Source of the DNA: a virus
Lineage: Duplodnaviria; Caudoviricetes
Length of the DNA: 64,000 bases
Virus record (IMG/VR): IMGVR_UViG_2884546135_000003
Span: 1,708-65,707 of that record
Direction: 5' to 3' (one strand)
The notes below the pieces were generated by a model. It saw only the letters and a program-made list of their open reading frames with translations, did no database searches and had not been told where the DNA came from. Position 1 is the first letter of the stretch. Each line of letters begins with the position of its first letter. This document shows positions 44,521 to 53,258 of this stretch, one piece after another. Made by a program: the position numbers and the translations under genes.

Positions 44521-45629
44521 GCCGCCCACGAAGAACAGATTAAACCCCTGACGGAGTCAACCCCGGTCTGAGACGTTGCCTTTTGCTCGATGAGCGATCG
44601 AACGGCCTCATGCGGATCGCGGCCTGCGCGGACCTGAAACAGGAGCGGTTTGAAATAGTCGGCCGCACCGGCTGCTATCTCTGTGGCGAATTCCTTCTGG
44701 CTCATTCCTGCGTGGATGTTGACAATGGTGCGAAGGCCTCGCGCAGTCCCATCCACTCCCCTCAACACCTCATCGCGATAGCGCCTGGCACTGTCCGCGG
44801 TCCTCGGGTCGAGGACAGGCAAGACATCGTCGAGCTCGCCATTCAGCACGAGGCGTAGAATGTTTTTCTCCTGCGTGACGCTGTCTTTGGCGCGGTGCTT
44901 CAAGACGTAGTCCTCCGCCTTTGCCTTGACCCATGTCCCGTCAGCGAAGCGGACGACAAAACCTTCTAGGCCTTTCAGGTCGCGGACGTAGGCGAGGAAA
45001 TCGGTGGCGCTGGTGTGATGCCGATTGAAACCGCGAGCATGAGGGATTTGCATGTGCGCCGCTGCGTACACCATGCCTGCCTGATTTGCATATGTGCCGT
45101 ACCGATTGCTCCGAACCGCCAGAAGAGACAGCTGGCTCTCCTCGTAATTGATAACGATGCGATTGTCTGGCGCGGTCCACTCAAAGATGCACGTCTGCCC
45201 AACGCGGTGGAGCCCGGCGCAATAGTCCCGAACAGCCGGCGTGAGATGCCGCTCCGCCGTGAGCGCGTGATCCGTGCGACCCATGCGTGTCATGAAGACG
45301 ACTTCGCCGTCAATCATGGCACTGTGGATCATGGAGCCGTCAAGCTTCTCAGTGATGGTGTGCGGCTGGGTGAAGTCCAGCGCGGCAGGCGCGACCTCGG
45401 GCGACTCCCCGATATTCTTGAATTTGTGCAGTGGGCGGGCGAGCACGGATCCATCAGGAGCGAACTTGATGCCTCGGCACTCCTTGCGGATCGGATCGTC
45501 AAACGTGTCTTCCAGGGTGTAGACATAGTCGATGACGGTGTAGTCGTCTTTGTCGGCAATCACGAATTCGTCGCGCTCCATGACTGACGGAAGGACTTCG
45601 TCGATGTGGCTGATGATTGGGTAGGTCAT
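44517..45629 (-). CDS. RNA ligase, T4 Rnl1 family
   Basis: ECRGI.F, RPLHKF.N..E, motif I TEKLDGS, FEWTAPDNRIVINY, EGFVV, K.K..Y...H. Confidence 0.92.
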   Translation of the reverse strand: MTYPIISHIDEVLPSVMERDEFVIADKDDYTVIDYVYTLEDTFDDPIRKECRGIKFAPDGSVLARPLHKFKNIGESPEVAPAALDFTQPHTITEKLDGSMIHSAMIDGEVVFMTRMGRTDHALTAERHLTPAVRDYCAGLHRVGQTCIFEWTAPDNRIVINYEESQLSLLAVRSNRYGTYANQAGMVYAAAHMQIPHARGFNRHHTSATDFLAYVRDLKGLEGFVVRFADGTWVKAKAEDYVLKHRAKDSVTQEKNILRLVLNGELDDVLPVLDPRTADSARRYRDEVLRGVDGTARGLRTIVNIHAGMSQKEFATEIAAGAADYFKPLLFQVRAGRDPHEAVRSLIEQKATSQTGVDSVRGLICSSWAA

Positions 45630-46246
45630 GCCGCGAGTCCCCATTTGAGCACCGTTTGAAAATCCCAGTCGAAGAACGTGTTCAGGTGCAACTTGGCCTG
45701 CAGGCTCAACTCATAGAAATCCGGCGCAGATCCACATCCTGATTCATTCATCCGCTTGAACGCATCCAGGCCGAGCATTGCCACAGCCTCGTGATAGGTC
45801 AGAATTTCCGTACCAAGGTCCGGACGCAGATAGACGAACAGGCTTTTCCGATTTTCCGGAATAGGATGACGCACCGCGTATTTCGGAAAGTAGTCCGTGC
45901 CAGCACTGTCAAACGGATCCGTAAATGGAATGGCGTTTTCGACCAGCCATTGCTCAAACGGGACGGAGACGGACTCCAGCAATTTCTCCCGCCAGGCCGG
46001 AGTGCCGCGGTCAGATATCGCCACCGACTTGCAATAGTGATACACGCTCCAAAGCCGCGCGATCGGTTCGCGGAACACACCAACGCGCCGCCAGCGGTCG
46101 TAACCGAACGGCACGCCGTCGACTTCCATGTGGCGATAGACCATGAAGGACTCGGGATACTTCGCCAGCACCTGCCGAGAGATGGAAGTGCTGCCAGTCC
46201 TCGGAGGGGTGACAAGCACGATTTCTTTTTCTGGAATGATGATCAT
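45626..46246 (-). CDS. Sulfotransferase family 2-like protein
   Basis: MIII..K.IVLVTPPRTGSTSI (5'-PSB) and FREPIARLWSVYHY (3'-PB). Confidence 0.7.
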   Translation of the reverse strand: MIIIPEKEIVLVTPPRTGSTSISRQVLAKYPESFMVYRHMEVDGVPFGYDRWRRVGVFREPIARLWSVYHYCKSVAISDRGTPAWREKLLESVSVPFEQWLVENAIPFTDPFDSAGTDYFPKYAVRHPIPENRKSLFVYLRPDLGTEILTYHEAVAMLGLDAFKRMNESGCGSAPDFYELSLQAKLHLNTFFDWDFQTVLKWGLAA

Positions 46247-46512
46247 TTGCGAGCCTCCATGGAAAGCATCTTGGCGATTGGGTTCCCTGCCGGCAGAAGG
46301 CCGCCGTACGGGTCCAAATAGGATCCGTTGTCTTGCACGCCGCCGCCGAACTTCAGATCGTATTCCTCTGACTCAGACCAGCCGCAGTGCGGGCAGCCCC
46401 AGGGGCCGTAAATGATCCCGACGCCAACGTCAGCGTCTTCGCGCCACAGGTCCTTTTCTCCGCAGCGTGGGCAGGTTCCCTCTTCGGTCATGGTTTCGTG
46501 TTTGGTGGTCAT
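46243..46512 (-). CDS. Small zinc-finger protein
   Basis: CPRCG....DVGVG..YGPWGCPHCGWSE. Confidence 0.65.
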   Translation of the reverse strand: MTTKHETMTEEGTCPRCGEKDLWREDADVGVGIIYGPWGCPHCGWSESEEYDLKFGGGVQDNGSYLDPYGGLLPAGNPIAKMLSMEARK

Positions 46513-46835
46513 GTGGCCTCCGGAACGCGCCAGCTGATGAGCAGTTCAACATCGCCGTTGAACCGCGAGCGAGCCGCGTCAATCTCGTCTACCGTCTTGA
46601 TCTCAAACCGCACATCTGGCCCGAGAATGATCGAGACGAAGGCGTGACCGCCCTCGCCTTCCCCTGACCAATTGTGAGTCCTGGTTTTGAGCCCGGCTTC
46701 ATTTAAAGCCTTGAGCAGCGGTATCAGCGCGTTGTCCGCAACGAAGCGGCCCGTCCCGAAATCGACGAATGACTGATCGTCCTTGATCGGGTGATGGTGA
46801 TTGCAGCGGTACAAATCGTGGTGCTTCCCGTTCAT
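46509..46835 (-). CDS. Hypothetical protein
   Basis: Coupled ORF; LLKALNEAGLKTR. Confidence 0.6.
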   Translation of the reverse strand: MNGKHHDLYRCNHHHPIKDDQSFVDFGTGRFVADNALIPLLKALNEAGLKTRTHNWSGEGEGGHAFVSIILGPDVRFEIKTVDEIDAARSRFNGDVELLISWRVPEAT

Positions 46836-47185
46836 ACCGCCCTCTCATGTTTGTATCTCTGTGGCTTCGGCGCTTCGTACCAGAACGCAACGCGCGGAGG
46901 CTCTTCGAAGCACGCAATCACAAGGGCGCCGTCGTAACGACGCTCGGCTTTTCGTAACGTTCGGCCGGACTGTCGGGCCGTGTCGATCAGCAGCATCTGC
47001 CCAAGATGATCCGGAGCCGCCGAGCCGTAAGGAATGAATGGCACACGCAGGTAATGGCTGGCGTAGACCGCGGCGACAGCCCCGCTTCGACCCGGCCCAG
47101 TCACGCAACCGATGTTGCCTGTGTCAGCGGCGGCCAGGATCGATGTCAGGCGCTCACGAAATTCGGGTTCGGTGACGATGCGCAT
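46832..47185 (-). CDS. Minimal phosphoribosyltransferase-fold protein
   Basis: VTGPGRSGAVAAVYASHYLRVP and a PRPP-loop-like LLIDTARQSGRTL. Confidence 0.6.
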   Translation of the reverse strand: MRIVTEPEFRERLTSILAAADTGNIGCVTGPGRSGAVAAVYASHYLRVPFIPYGSAAPDHLGQMLLIDTARQSGRTLRKAERRYDGALVIACFEEPPRVAFWYEAPKPQRYKHERAV

Positions 47186-47189
47186 TGGT

Positions 47190-47798
47190 TCAGGCCGCCT
47201 TCGCGCTATCAAGCCAGGACCAAGTTTTTCCACTAGCTGCGTCTTGTACGGTTCTCACAGATACTCCGAATTTCTTCGCGATTTCACGAGTTGGGGTACC
47301 CTTATGTGAACGTATCCAAATTACATCTCCTGCGGTAAGCTTGCTACTCGCGCACCTCTCTCCGCGGTTGCTAGTTCCGTGATCTATTTTGTCTTGCTCA
47401 TTCTCGGACGGAGTTTTCCACTGAAGATGCTTTGGATTGCAGCAACCATGTTTACCGTTTCCGCAGGAATGCGCTGCGTGATGATCCGCAGTTGGCGGTT
47501 CACCATGTACAGATGCACACACCGCCCTATGAACAAGTTTCTTGCCGCCGTTTATCCATATTTTTCCGTAACCATTCTTGTCTCTAGAATATGGCCAGGC
47601 AAGGCACTCTTCCAGATCACACTTCAACAAAACCTCGTTGAAGAATTTCAATTGCTGCCCTCGCGGCGTACCGCGGAGTTTGTTTGGATCGCCGTTTCGC
47701 TTAACTCTCATGTGGTGCATTCCACACATGCCTGAAGCGTACATTCTTGGCTTATCGCAGCCATCCAGAATGCAGCTCTCTACATTGGATTCACTCAT
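47190..47798 (-). CDS. HNH homing endonuclease with C-terminal HTH
   Basis: C..WP......GYG, HR, HSCGNG..GCCNPKHL.W.T..EN..D, KLT..DV..IR. Confidence 0.88.
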   Translation of the reverse strand: MSESNVESCILDGCDKPRMYASGMCGMHHMRVKRNGDPNKLRGTPRGQQLKFFNEVLLKCDLEECLAWPYSRDKNGYGKIWINGGKKLVHRAVCASVHGEPPTADHHAAHSCGNGKHGCCNPKHLQWKTPSENEQDKIDHGTSNRGERCASSKLTAGDVIWIRSHKGTPTREIAKKFGVSVRTVQDAASGKTWSWLDSAKAA

Positions 47799-48736
47799 GC
47801 GGCCCTCCGCATGTCTTCCCTCTCATCCAGCACATAGACATTGCTTAAACCATCACCGCGCAGCACATCCTTCAGCACGGACTGCATGCGCTCGTGGTGC
47901 TTCATGACAAGCGTCTTGTCACCGATCACAACCGCGTTCCGCCATCCGCCGTCTTTGACCTTCTCCTCGAGCGGACGATCGACGACGACGTAGCGAACAT
48001 GCGTGTCCTCCGAAGCCAGCGCGACACAAGCCAGTCGATCGCGCCGACGAAGGTTTGTGGCATCGACTGTTACCGGCAGGCCGCAATTCAGACGGGCGCG
48101 CACGAGTTCATGGAGAGCCTGGAAAACTTCGTCATTGCGATCCTGACAGCGGAAATCACCGCAGAGATATTCACGCAGCTCGTCACTCGAAACGATTTCG
48201 CTGGCAGGAATGTTGTTCTCACACCATGTCGACTTGCCCGCGCCGGCCGGCCCAACCATGACGGTCAACAACGTCTTGCGAATGGGCGCGATCCGCTTCG
48301 GCGCTTCCCAGTTCTCTGTGACCTGGAAGCAGGTGACCCCTTCCGATCTCCACATGTCGACAACGCGTTGCCGGTCATCATAGACAACGTCGGGCTTGCG
48401 ATCTTCCTGGTGCAGCCAGAAGCGCTTCAGCTCGACGTCAGGCGTGTTGTCGTCCGCGGCGCGCATATGCTTCAGCAGATCCGGCGACAGGCCGGCCTTC
48501 CACTGCAGCCAATGCTCGGTTTGCTCGCGAACCTCGTCGCTTCTAGCGCTCCAGATTTCAACGCGATGACCCGCGACCAAATGAGCCCTTAGGCTGTCAA
48601 TCACCTCCCACACGGGCAGATCGTCGACGCATTCCTCGAAGAATGCTTTCCAGTTCGGTTTCCCCGTGCCGCTGACGTGGTGCACGCGGTGCGTAATGTC
48701 GGCAATGGTGCCGTCCAGATCGAACACAACGAACAT
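47795..48736 (-). CDS. Polynucleotide kinase-phosphatase (HAD N-terminal, P-loop kinase C-terminal)
   Basis: FDLDGT, SAR, DDR..VV.MWR (HAD); GPAGAGKST, SSD..R, DATN (kinase). Confidence 0.9.
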   Translation of the reverse strand: MFVVFDLDGTIADITHRVHHVSGTGKPNWKAFFEECVDDLPVWEVIDSLRAHLVAGHRVEIWSARSDEVREQTEHWLQWKAGLSPDLLKHMRAADDNTPDVELKRFWLHQEDRKPDVVYDDRQRVVDMWRSEGVTCFQVTENWEAPKRIAPIRKTLLTVMVGPAGAGKSTWCENNIPASEIVSSDELREYLCGDFRCQDRNDEVFQALHELVRARLNCGLPVTVDATNLRRRDRLACVALASEDTHVRYVVVDRPLEEKVKDGGWRNAVVIGDKTLVMKHHERMQSVLKDVLRGDGLSNVYVLDEREDMRRAA

Positions 48737-48777
48737 GATTCACCCCTGTGGTGTAATTGGTGAGGTTGGCATAGTGG

Positions 48778-48954
48778 TTAGCGCGTGGCCTTCGGCAACT
48801 CCGGCTCGTAGGCATACGGCTTGCACATCCAGCCGGTGCGCTCCTGCGAGAGCACCTGGGACTCGAGTTGTGTGAGGCATGCGTTTTTGTCGTCGTAGAC
48901 ACGATCGACCTCAAACGTTCCTGACAGAGTCAGGACGATCAGAAGAAATTGCAT
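48778..48954 (-). CDS. Small hypothetical protein
   Basis: MQFLLIVLTL....C....C; GAAAGG RBS. Confidence 0.5.
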   Translation of the reverse strand: MQFLLIVLTLSGTFEVDRVYDDKNACLTQLESQVLSQERTGWMCKPYAYEPELPKATR

Positions 48955-49155
48955 TTCTGGGTTCCTTTCAGAAAACTGGCACTCTGGCAGGTCCCGCCTC
49001 CGTCGCCTTTGCTCCTGACGGTCGAGCTCGTACTCTATTTTTTCAAGTAGTCTGCCACACAGGGTGCGCGCATCGCGCTGCGGTCTACATCTCGACCTCC
49101 CGGCTTCATTGCTCACTTCTTTTCACTTGGTATGATTCCAAGCTAGTCGCTTTTT

Positions 49156-49168
49156 ACAAATTTGTCAA
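49156..49168 (-). promoter_or_regulatory. Operator/promoter of the RNA-repair operon
   Basis: Minus strand CTTGAC-N17-CTAGCT with ACAAATTTGT. Confidence 0.8.
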
Positions 49169-49173
49169 GCGAG

Positions 49174-50892
49174 TCAGAAAGGAATTTCGTCTTCCAGTTC
49201 TTGAGCCCAATCCACAGGCTGTGCATCTGGCACATCCAGCTCGACGGTGTGGCCACAAACCTCCCAGTACCTGCCCTTTGGTCGGACCTTGATTTCAATC
49301 GTGTCCTTCAGCTCCGCCTGTCGCTCAAGCCATTCCAGTGGGTTCTCTGGGCAGGGCTCATCCCCGCCGTGTTTCTTCCAATATTGATCCGCTTTGTTTT
49401 TCGCGTATCCCTCATGGGCAGGGCAAACCCACTCAGGGATTGGCGTCAAGCCAATCATGTACGTCACTTTAACGCTGTCTTTCTTGCCAGGCTTGCCCTC
49501 GTGGAAGCGGAACGTGCGACGCGTGACTTGCCGCGGTTCGGGTGCTGTTGATGACAGGATGGGGGCGTCGGAGGCGTGGTCCTTGATCTTCGGCTCTTCG
49601 TTGATCGGAAATTCAAAACCGCATTCACGGCACACGCGTGCACTTGCGTGCACTTTTTCTCCGCAGCCGCCCTCTTCCTGGGGGCAGATTTTTATCGGCG
49701 CCTCGCCGGTTCCTTTGCCCGGCTCTTTCGGGTTCACCATGTCGATCGGGCCGTGTTTGTCCACGAGACCTGCAAAATCCAAAACAAGGCAGTTCGGCTT
49801 CGGTCCTGCCGCAATAGCAGCCTTGCGCTGCTCCGCCGTCTCGAGCGGCATGCCTGGCGCATAGAGGACGCGCGTGCCCCTGCCCGCCATCTGGACATAC
49901 AGGCTCAAAGATAGCGTAGGCCTCAGAAAGGCAATCAGATCGACGCCTTTATGGTTGAACCCGGTGGTCAGAACGTTGTTGTTCGTGAGCGCACGGATCT
50001 CATAGTTCTTGTACGCGGCCAGAATGTCACGACGCTCCGCCTTTCCGGTTTTGTCGGTGATCGCCTCGCAAGTGATACCGCGCGACTGGATCTCGTCTCG
50101 CACATGGATCGCGTGATCAACGCCGGAGCAGAAGCACAGCCAGGATCGCTTATCAGCCCCTTTCGCAACGATCTCGTCGACCGCAGCGCTGGTGACGCTC
50201 GTTTTGTCCACAGCCCTCTGAAGATCGCCTTTCTTGAAATCACCGCCAAGGCGGCCAACACCCTTCGTGTCAAGCTCCGTCGCAGTTGCCTTTGACGAAA
50301 GCGGCGCAAGGTAGCCATCATTGATACCATCGGCAACGCCATAGGTGTAGACCACCTTGTCAAAGATGCGGTCCTCGCCCTCGTCGAGCCTGCCGCTGTC
50401 CAGGCGGTATGGCGTCGCGGTCAGCCCAACCACTTTCAAGTCTGGTGTGATCTCACGGGCCATCTTGAAAAATTGGCCGTATCTCGTGGCGTCATTGATG
50501 GGGATGGTGTGACACTCATCTACAATGATGACGTCAATGCCGCCATGCTTGCAGATCTGCTCCAGCTTGTTCCACACTGTCTGGATGCCAGCGAAAATCA
50601 CTTGAGCGCGCGAGTCCCGCCGCCCGAGCCCGGCGCTGTAGATCCCGGCTGGTGCCATTGGCCAAAAACCAACGAGCTCGAGGTAATTCTGCTCGATTAA
50701 TTCCATGACATGCGTAACGACCATGATCCGCATGTCTGGCCAACCATCGAGCAACCGTTTGATGAGCGATGCGGCTAGCAGGCTCTTCCCGCAGCCGGTC
50801 GCGAAATCGACCAGAGGGTTGCCGTCCTCATCCATCCAGTAATCAAAGACGGCCTGCTCTCCCTCAGATTGATAATATCTGAGATCCATCAA
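49174..50892 (-). CDS. Superfamily 2 DNA helicase with C-terminal zinc finger
   Basis: ATGCGKS, DECH, TAT, LTTGF, QMAGRGTR. Confidence 0.93.
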   Translation of the reverse strand: MMDLRYYQSEGEQAVFDYWMDEDGNPLVDFATGCGKSLLAASLIKRLLDGWPDMRIMVVTHVMELIEQNYLELVGFWPMAPAGIYSAGLGRRDSRAQVIFAGIQTVWNKLEQICKHGGIDVIIVDECHTIPINDATRYGQFFKMAREITPDLKVVGLTATPYRLDSGRLDEGEDRIFDKVVYTYGVADGINDGYLAPLSSKATATELDTKGVGRLGGDFKKGDLQRAVDKTSVTSAAVDEIVAKGADKRSWLCFCSGVDHAIHVRDEIQSRGITCEAITDKTGKAERRDILAAYKNYEIRALTNNNVLTTGFNHKGVDLIAFLRPTLSLSLYVQMAGRGTRVLYAPGMPLETAEQRKAAIAAGPKPNCLVLDFAGLVDKHGPIDMVNPKEPGKGTGEAPIKICPQEEGGCGEKVHASARVCRECGFEFPINEEPKIKDHASDAPILSSTAPEPRQVTRRTFRFHEGKPGKKDSVKVTYMIGLTPIPEWVCPAHEGYAKNKADQYWKKHGGDEPCPENPLEWLERQAELKDTIEIKVRPKGRYWEVCGHTVELDVPDAQPVDWAQELEDEIPF

Positions 50893-51353
50893 GCAGCCTC
50901 TTTGTTACGCTCATAGAACCGCTTCGTGCGCTGATTGATGCGCTGCTTGGACACGCCATCGACGGCTGCGATTTCTTCGCAGGTATAGCCAAACGCCCAA
51001 AGCACGGCCTCGCGGCTGTCCTGACCACCGACGCGAGACAGGTCTACAACGGCCTCCTGGTTTGGCTCTGTGATCAGTTCGAACGGAGCATCGCCGACGC
51101 AGACGACACACTTCGACATTCGGTGCCGCCTCACCCACGTCGTCATGACATCTCGTGCGATGTAATGAATCCAGGTGCCGAAACTGCCTCTGTCAGGGTC
51201 GAAATTGCCGCGACGCTTGTATGCCAGCGTGACTATTTCGGAGACGAAGTCTTCCCTGTCGTATTCCGTGAAGGCGCATTTGCGAGACTGCTGCCTCATG
51301 AATGGGAGGTAGCTCAGGACGAGCTTGTCGAATTCGTGTTTGGTGATATTCAT
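50889..51353 (-). CDS. ECF-type sigma70-like factor
   Basis: Region 2 REDFVSE......FDPDRGSFGTW; region 4 GYTCEEIA..GVSKQRINQ. Confidence 0.75.
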   Translation of the reverse strand: MNITKHEFDKLVLSYLPFMRQQSRKCAFTEYDREDFVSEIVTLAYKRRGNFDPDRGSFGTWIHYIARDVMTTWVRRHRMSKCVVCVGDAPFELITEPNQEAVVDLSRVGGQDSREAVLWAFGYTCEEIAAVDGVSKQRINQRTKRFYERNKEAA

Positions 51354-51402
51354 GGCGACTCTGTGGTGGTGTGGTGGTGGTTAGGCGGCGAGACAGGAGC
51401 GG

Positions 51403-51585
51403 TTAGGATTCCATAAAGATTTCCGTCGGCTTTTTCCCGTCGTGATACGTGCCGTAAATACAGCCGTGTTCGTCCAGCACGTTGATGTGCTTTATTTCAT
51501 CCTCATGACTGCAGGCTAAAACAACCAAATCGCCGTATTTCTCTCGCAGTTCGCGCAACCTGCTTTCCAGTTCACTGGCCTTCAT
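51403..51585 (-). CDS. Hypothetical protein
   Basis: MKASEL...L..L...YGD..V pattern. Confidence 0.55.
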   Translation of the reverse strand: MKASELESRLRELREKYGDLVVLACSHEDEIKHINVLDEHGCIYGTYHDGKKPTEIFMES

Positions 51586-51588
51586 GAC

Positions 51589-52146
51589 TCACTCCCCAAT
51601 CTCAAAAACAGGTATCCCGGCGAGCTCGCAGCGGTCTTTCATGTCGGCCGTTCCGGATCCGCCTGGAAAGACAATGCCGCAATCCGGCCTGCCCTCGTCG
51701 ATCATCTGCTGATTGCGCCTGCCGCCTGCTGCTGCGTCGTATTCTGTTCCATTGCGGCGGGTTCTTACGCGCGCGTCTGGATGCGAAAGATCATCCCAGT
51801 CAGCTGGATACGGCTCGACAGGTATGCCTCTCTTTTTCGCCCACGCTTTCGCCCGCAGGTCCGCGCCTTGCGCCTCACCTTCGATCAACACCGCGAAACC
51901 GATGTCCCTTTCAAAGTCATCGAGAGCAGCATCCATCATGTCTTGATCGCGAAAGTCCCGACCACCAAACACGACAACACGAACAGGCTTCGGAAGTGCC
52001 AGAAAGTGATCTCGTATTTGCTCCAGGTATTCTTCCAGATCGAGCTCAACGAGCATTCCGTCACCTTCGCCGGGATACTCGTCTGCTGCGAAGTAGCTAT
52101 CGCTTTCCGGGTGCCGCCAATAGGTTCGCAACGCTTCACTCCCCAT
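51589..52146 (-). CDS. SLOG/YspA-like protein (DUF2493-like)
   Basis: VVFGGRDF, LIEGEA.GAD..A..WA, ADW, AG.RRN..M, FPGG.GT.DM. Confidence 0.8.
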   Translation of the reverse strand: MGSEALRTYWRHPESDSYFAADEYPGEGDGMLVELDLEEYLEQIRDHFLALPKPVRVVVFGGRDFRDQDMMDAALDDFERDIGFAVLIEGEAQGADLRAKAWAKKRGIPVEPYPADWDDLSHPDARVRTRRNGTEYDAAAGGRRNQQMIDEGRPDCGIVFPGGSGTADMKDRCELAGIPVFEIGE

Positions 52147-53056
52147 CAACCCAAATCTCACCCGACGCCAACCGGTAAGTCACGGTCTCCCGCTCCTCGT
52201 CGACATCGATCTGCTCGCCAGGCACGACAGCTGGAATAAACAGATGCGCCTCACAGCCCGCCTTCTGTTCATCCACGCTCAGCGGCTTGCACCATCGCGC
52301 ACAGCTCCAATGCGCATTGCCGGTCATTTCCGGCGTGCTGTGCAAACAACTGCGACACGTTGCCCGCGGCCAATCCTCACCCCAGCAAACCGAGGCCTGC
52401 CGGCAGAGCATGCCGCGAAAGTCATCTCGCTTCGTGCATAACCGTGCTGGCGGCTCGTCCATCTCAATGATCCGCTCCAGCCGCGCGAGCAGCTTGGCGC
52501 AATATTCAAGGTCGTAATGGATCCGCTCCGAATGCCGTTCGTCAGTGTCTTTGTTAACGACCAGGTACAGGCAGCGCTCCAGCCCGAAATAATGCATCCC
52601 GAGTTGGCACTGAGCATAATGGAGCGGCTTGGAATCCTTCACGCCGCGCTTGACGATGTCGCGAAAGTCACTCGCCTTGCTCGACTTGAATTCGAACAGG
52701 TGCTCCTTCTTCGGAGCCTCCGGAACCCCTACCCCGGCGCCGTCACGTTTTCCGCGGACATGACCAGCGAGTAACCGCATACGATCCTGCTGACCGTAGA
52801 CATCGACGCCGATGGCTTCGAGATCCCTGACCAGCCGCTCTTCCCATGCGTCGCCGGTTCTGAAAATTGAGACCTTGCGGCCATCAACCTTCTCCGGCTC
52901 ACAGGCCCACCGAAACATGAACCACAGGGCTCTGTCGCATTCCGTACCTGCCACGCCGACACTGATGCCGAGTGACTCGTAATACTCGTTTGCGTCTTCG
53001 TAGGCTTTGTAAATCGCCTGGACCGTGGATGAGACTGACTTTGGGATTGCTACCAC
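52136..53056 (-). CDS. Cas4-like PD-(D/E)XK exonuclease
   Basis: G.ECDR.LW..FRW, GH..G..DG, LFEFKS, HYAQCQ.GM, C..C. Confidence 0.85.
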   Translation of the reverse strand: MVAIPKSVSSTVQAIYKAYEDANEYYESLGISVGVAGTECDRALWFMFRWACEPEKVDGRKVSIFRTGDAWEERLVRDLEAIGVDVYGQQDRMRLLAGHVRGKRDGAGVGVPEAPKKEHLFEFKSSKASDFRDIVKRGVKDSKPLHYAQCQLGMHYFGLERCLYLVVNKDTDERHSERIHYDLEYCAKLLARLERIIEMDEPPARLCTKRDDFRGMLCRQASVCWGEDWPRATCRSCLHSTPEMTGNAHWSCARWCKPLSVDEQKAGCEAHLFIPAVVPGEQIDVDEERETVTYRLASGEIWVDGE

Positions 53057-53256
53057 GTAACGACACCAACGACGCAACCATGACCCATTGCAACCAGATA
53101 CTGGTCCCAGCATTCGGATGCACTCTTCCACTTCGGGTGCAGCATCCTGTCGATCGCCGTCTCTGCGTCAGCTTCACGACCTTCAGCAAATGCGCGATCG
53201 ATCCAATCAGCCGTATCCGGCCAGAACGCCCGAATTCTTTCTGGTGCTTTTTTCAT
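53050..53256 (-). CDS. Hypothetical protein
   Basis: Coupled ORF. Confidence 0.5.
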   Translation of the reverse strand: MKKAPERIRAFWPDTADWIDRAFAEGREADAETAIDRMLHPKWKSASECWDQYLVAMGHGCVVGVVTW

Positions 53257-53258
53257 AA

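Noticed and set aside
47190-47798. Group I intron or intein associated with the HNH genes
   Set aside because: Each HNH lies between intact genes; no split host gene or intein splice motifs were seen
52136-53056. Cas4-like gene as evidence of a CRISPR system
   Set aside because: No repeat-spacer array or other cas genes; the context (Sak4, SSB, helicase) indicates a recombination exonuclease
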